Assembly (NCBI GenBank): GCA_036149055.1
Contig: JAYZQJ010000246.1
Coordinates: 1 to 13,469, forward strand
Length of the DNA stretch: 13,469 nt
Direction of reading: 5' to 3'
From: Myxococcota bacterium
GTDB lineage: Bacteria > Myxococcota_A > Polyangia > Polyangiales > Sandaracinaceae
In this document: piece after piece, positions 12,828 to 13,469 of the stretch
Position numbering within the stretch: the first letter of the stretch is position 1
Layout of the letters: each line of letters opens with the position of its first letter
The notes under the pieces: generated by a model
What the model was told of the DNA's origin: nothing
Seen by the model: the letters and a program-made list of their open reading frames with translations, nothing else
Database searches by the model: none
Program-made: the position numbers and the translations under genes

Positions 12828-13469
12828 CGGCGCGCTCCCCGAAGTGGGTGGGCTCGCTGAAGGTCGTGTCCTCGACCGTGTAGACGGTCTGGCGGCCGCG
12901 CTTCTCGCTCCGGCAGGTCCCCGCGTCGAGCAGGAGGCGCAGGGCGCGTTGCACGGTTCGGACGCGGTCGCCCACCTGGGCCGCGAGCTCCTTGGCCGAG
13001 ACGCCCGGGCTGGCCGCGATCGCGCGGAGGAGCCGGTCGCCGAACGGCGGCGCGCTCCGCGGCTCCGGGAGGACGAACGGGCGCGTCGGGGTCAGCGCGA
13101 GCGCGGCGTCCCGGCGGACCACGTCGCCCGCGCCCTCGAGCGCGGCGCGCGTGCGATGCAGGAGCACCCGGAAGAGCCCCTCGTGCAGCGCCGCGTCGTA
13201 GTCGAAGCCATAGACCTCGCGGAAGGCGTCGTCGTGCGCGAGGCCTCCGGGGCCCGCCTCGGCGAGGCAGGCGGCGAGCTTCTGGATCCGCTCGCCCTCG
13301 TCGAAGAGCAGGCGCGGGGGGGGGGGGGGCGCCCCGCCCCCCCCCCGCCCCCCCCCCCCCCCCCCCCGCCGCGCCGGTCATGCCGCCCACGAGCAGATCG
13401 CGCTCCGCCGCGAAGCGCGAGGGCAGCGGGTGGGCGCCGAGCGCGTCGAGGGCGGCCCGGGACGCGTCC
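12820..13469 (-). CDS. 3' part of a protein with tandem winged-helix DNA-binding-like domains (5'-truncated by window; frame broken at the G/C tract)
   Basis: The frame of ORF 12820..13167 stays open and protein-like upstream to about 13315: RLLFDEGERIQKLAACLAEAGPGGLAHDDAFREVYGFDYDAALHEGLFRVLLHRTRAAL...DRLLRAIAASPGVSAKELAAQVGDRVRTVQRALRLLLDAG..RSEKRGRQTVY. Beyond the tract, protein-like DASRAALDALGAHPLPSRFAAERDLLVGGMTG is in a different frame. Confidence 0.7.
13316..13367. other. Poly-G then poly-C low-complexity tract, probable sequencing/assembly artefact
   Basis: G14 at 13316-13329 is followed by interrupted C runs ending in C20 at 13348-13367, inside an otherwise normal coding region that changes frame across the tract. 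Confidence 0.7.

Noticed and set aside
12704..13390. 228-aa minus-strand ORF with a Gly/Pro run
   Set aside because: Only its first few codons belong to the real upstream frame. The rest reads through the suspect tract into an off-frame, Arg-rich translation.

Overview
Very GC-rich bacterial DNA, most likely Myxococcota (Polyangia/Sandaracinaceae-like; inferred from a MYXO-CTERM-type sorting tail, DAG-repeat linkers, a DUF1592/DUF1552 pair and a Hanks-type kinase). Left to right: (1) the 3' end of a Y1/HUH (RAYT-like) transposase, then an ~800-bp hairpin-rich non-coding stretch with four copies of a 14-25-bp repeat in inverted arrangement (REP/REPIN-like); (2) a minus-strand two-gene operon encoding a double BadF/BadG/BcrA/BcrD activator plus DUF2229 protein and a 2-hydroxyacyl-CoA dehydratase-like partner, the architecture of PlsA/PlsR/Ger ether-lipid reductases, with a palindromic operator-like site upstream and a terminator-like hairpin downstream; (3) a minus-strand lipoprotein; (4) a translationally coupled plus-strand trio of a MYXO-CTERM surface protein, a DUF1592-family CxxCH lipoprotein and a Tat-signal DUF1552 protein; (5) a convergent Ser/Thr kinase and the 3' part of a tandem winged-helix protein, whose frame is broken by a poly-G/poly-C tract that looks like a sequencing artefact. 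All family assignments come from motif recognition by eye, and no searches were run.
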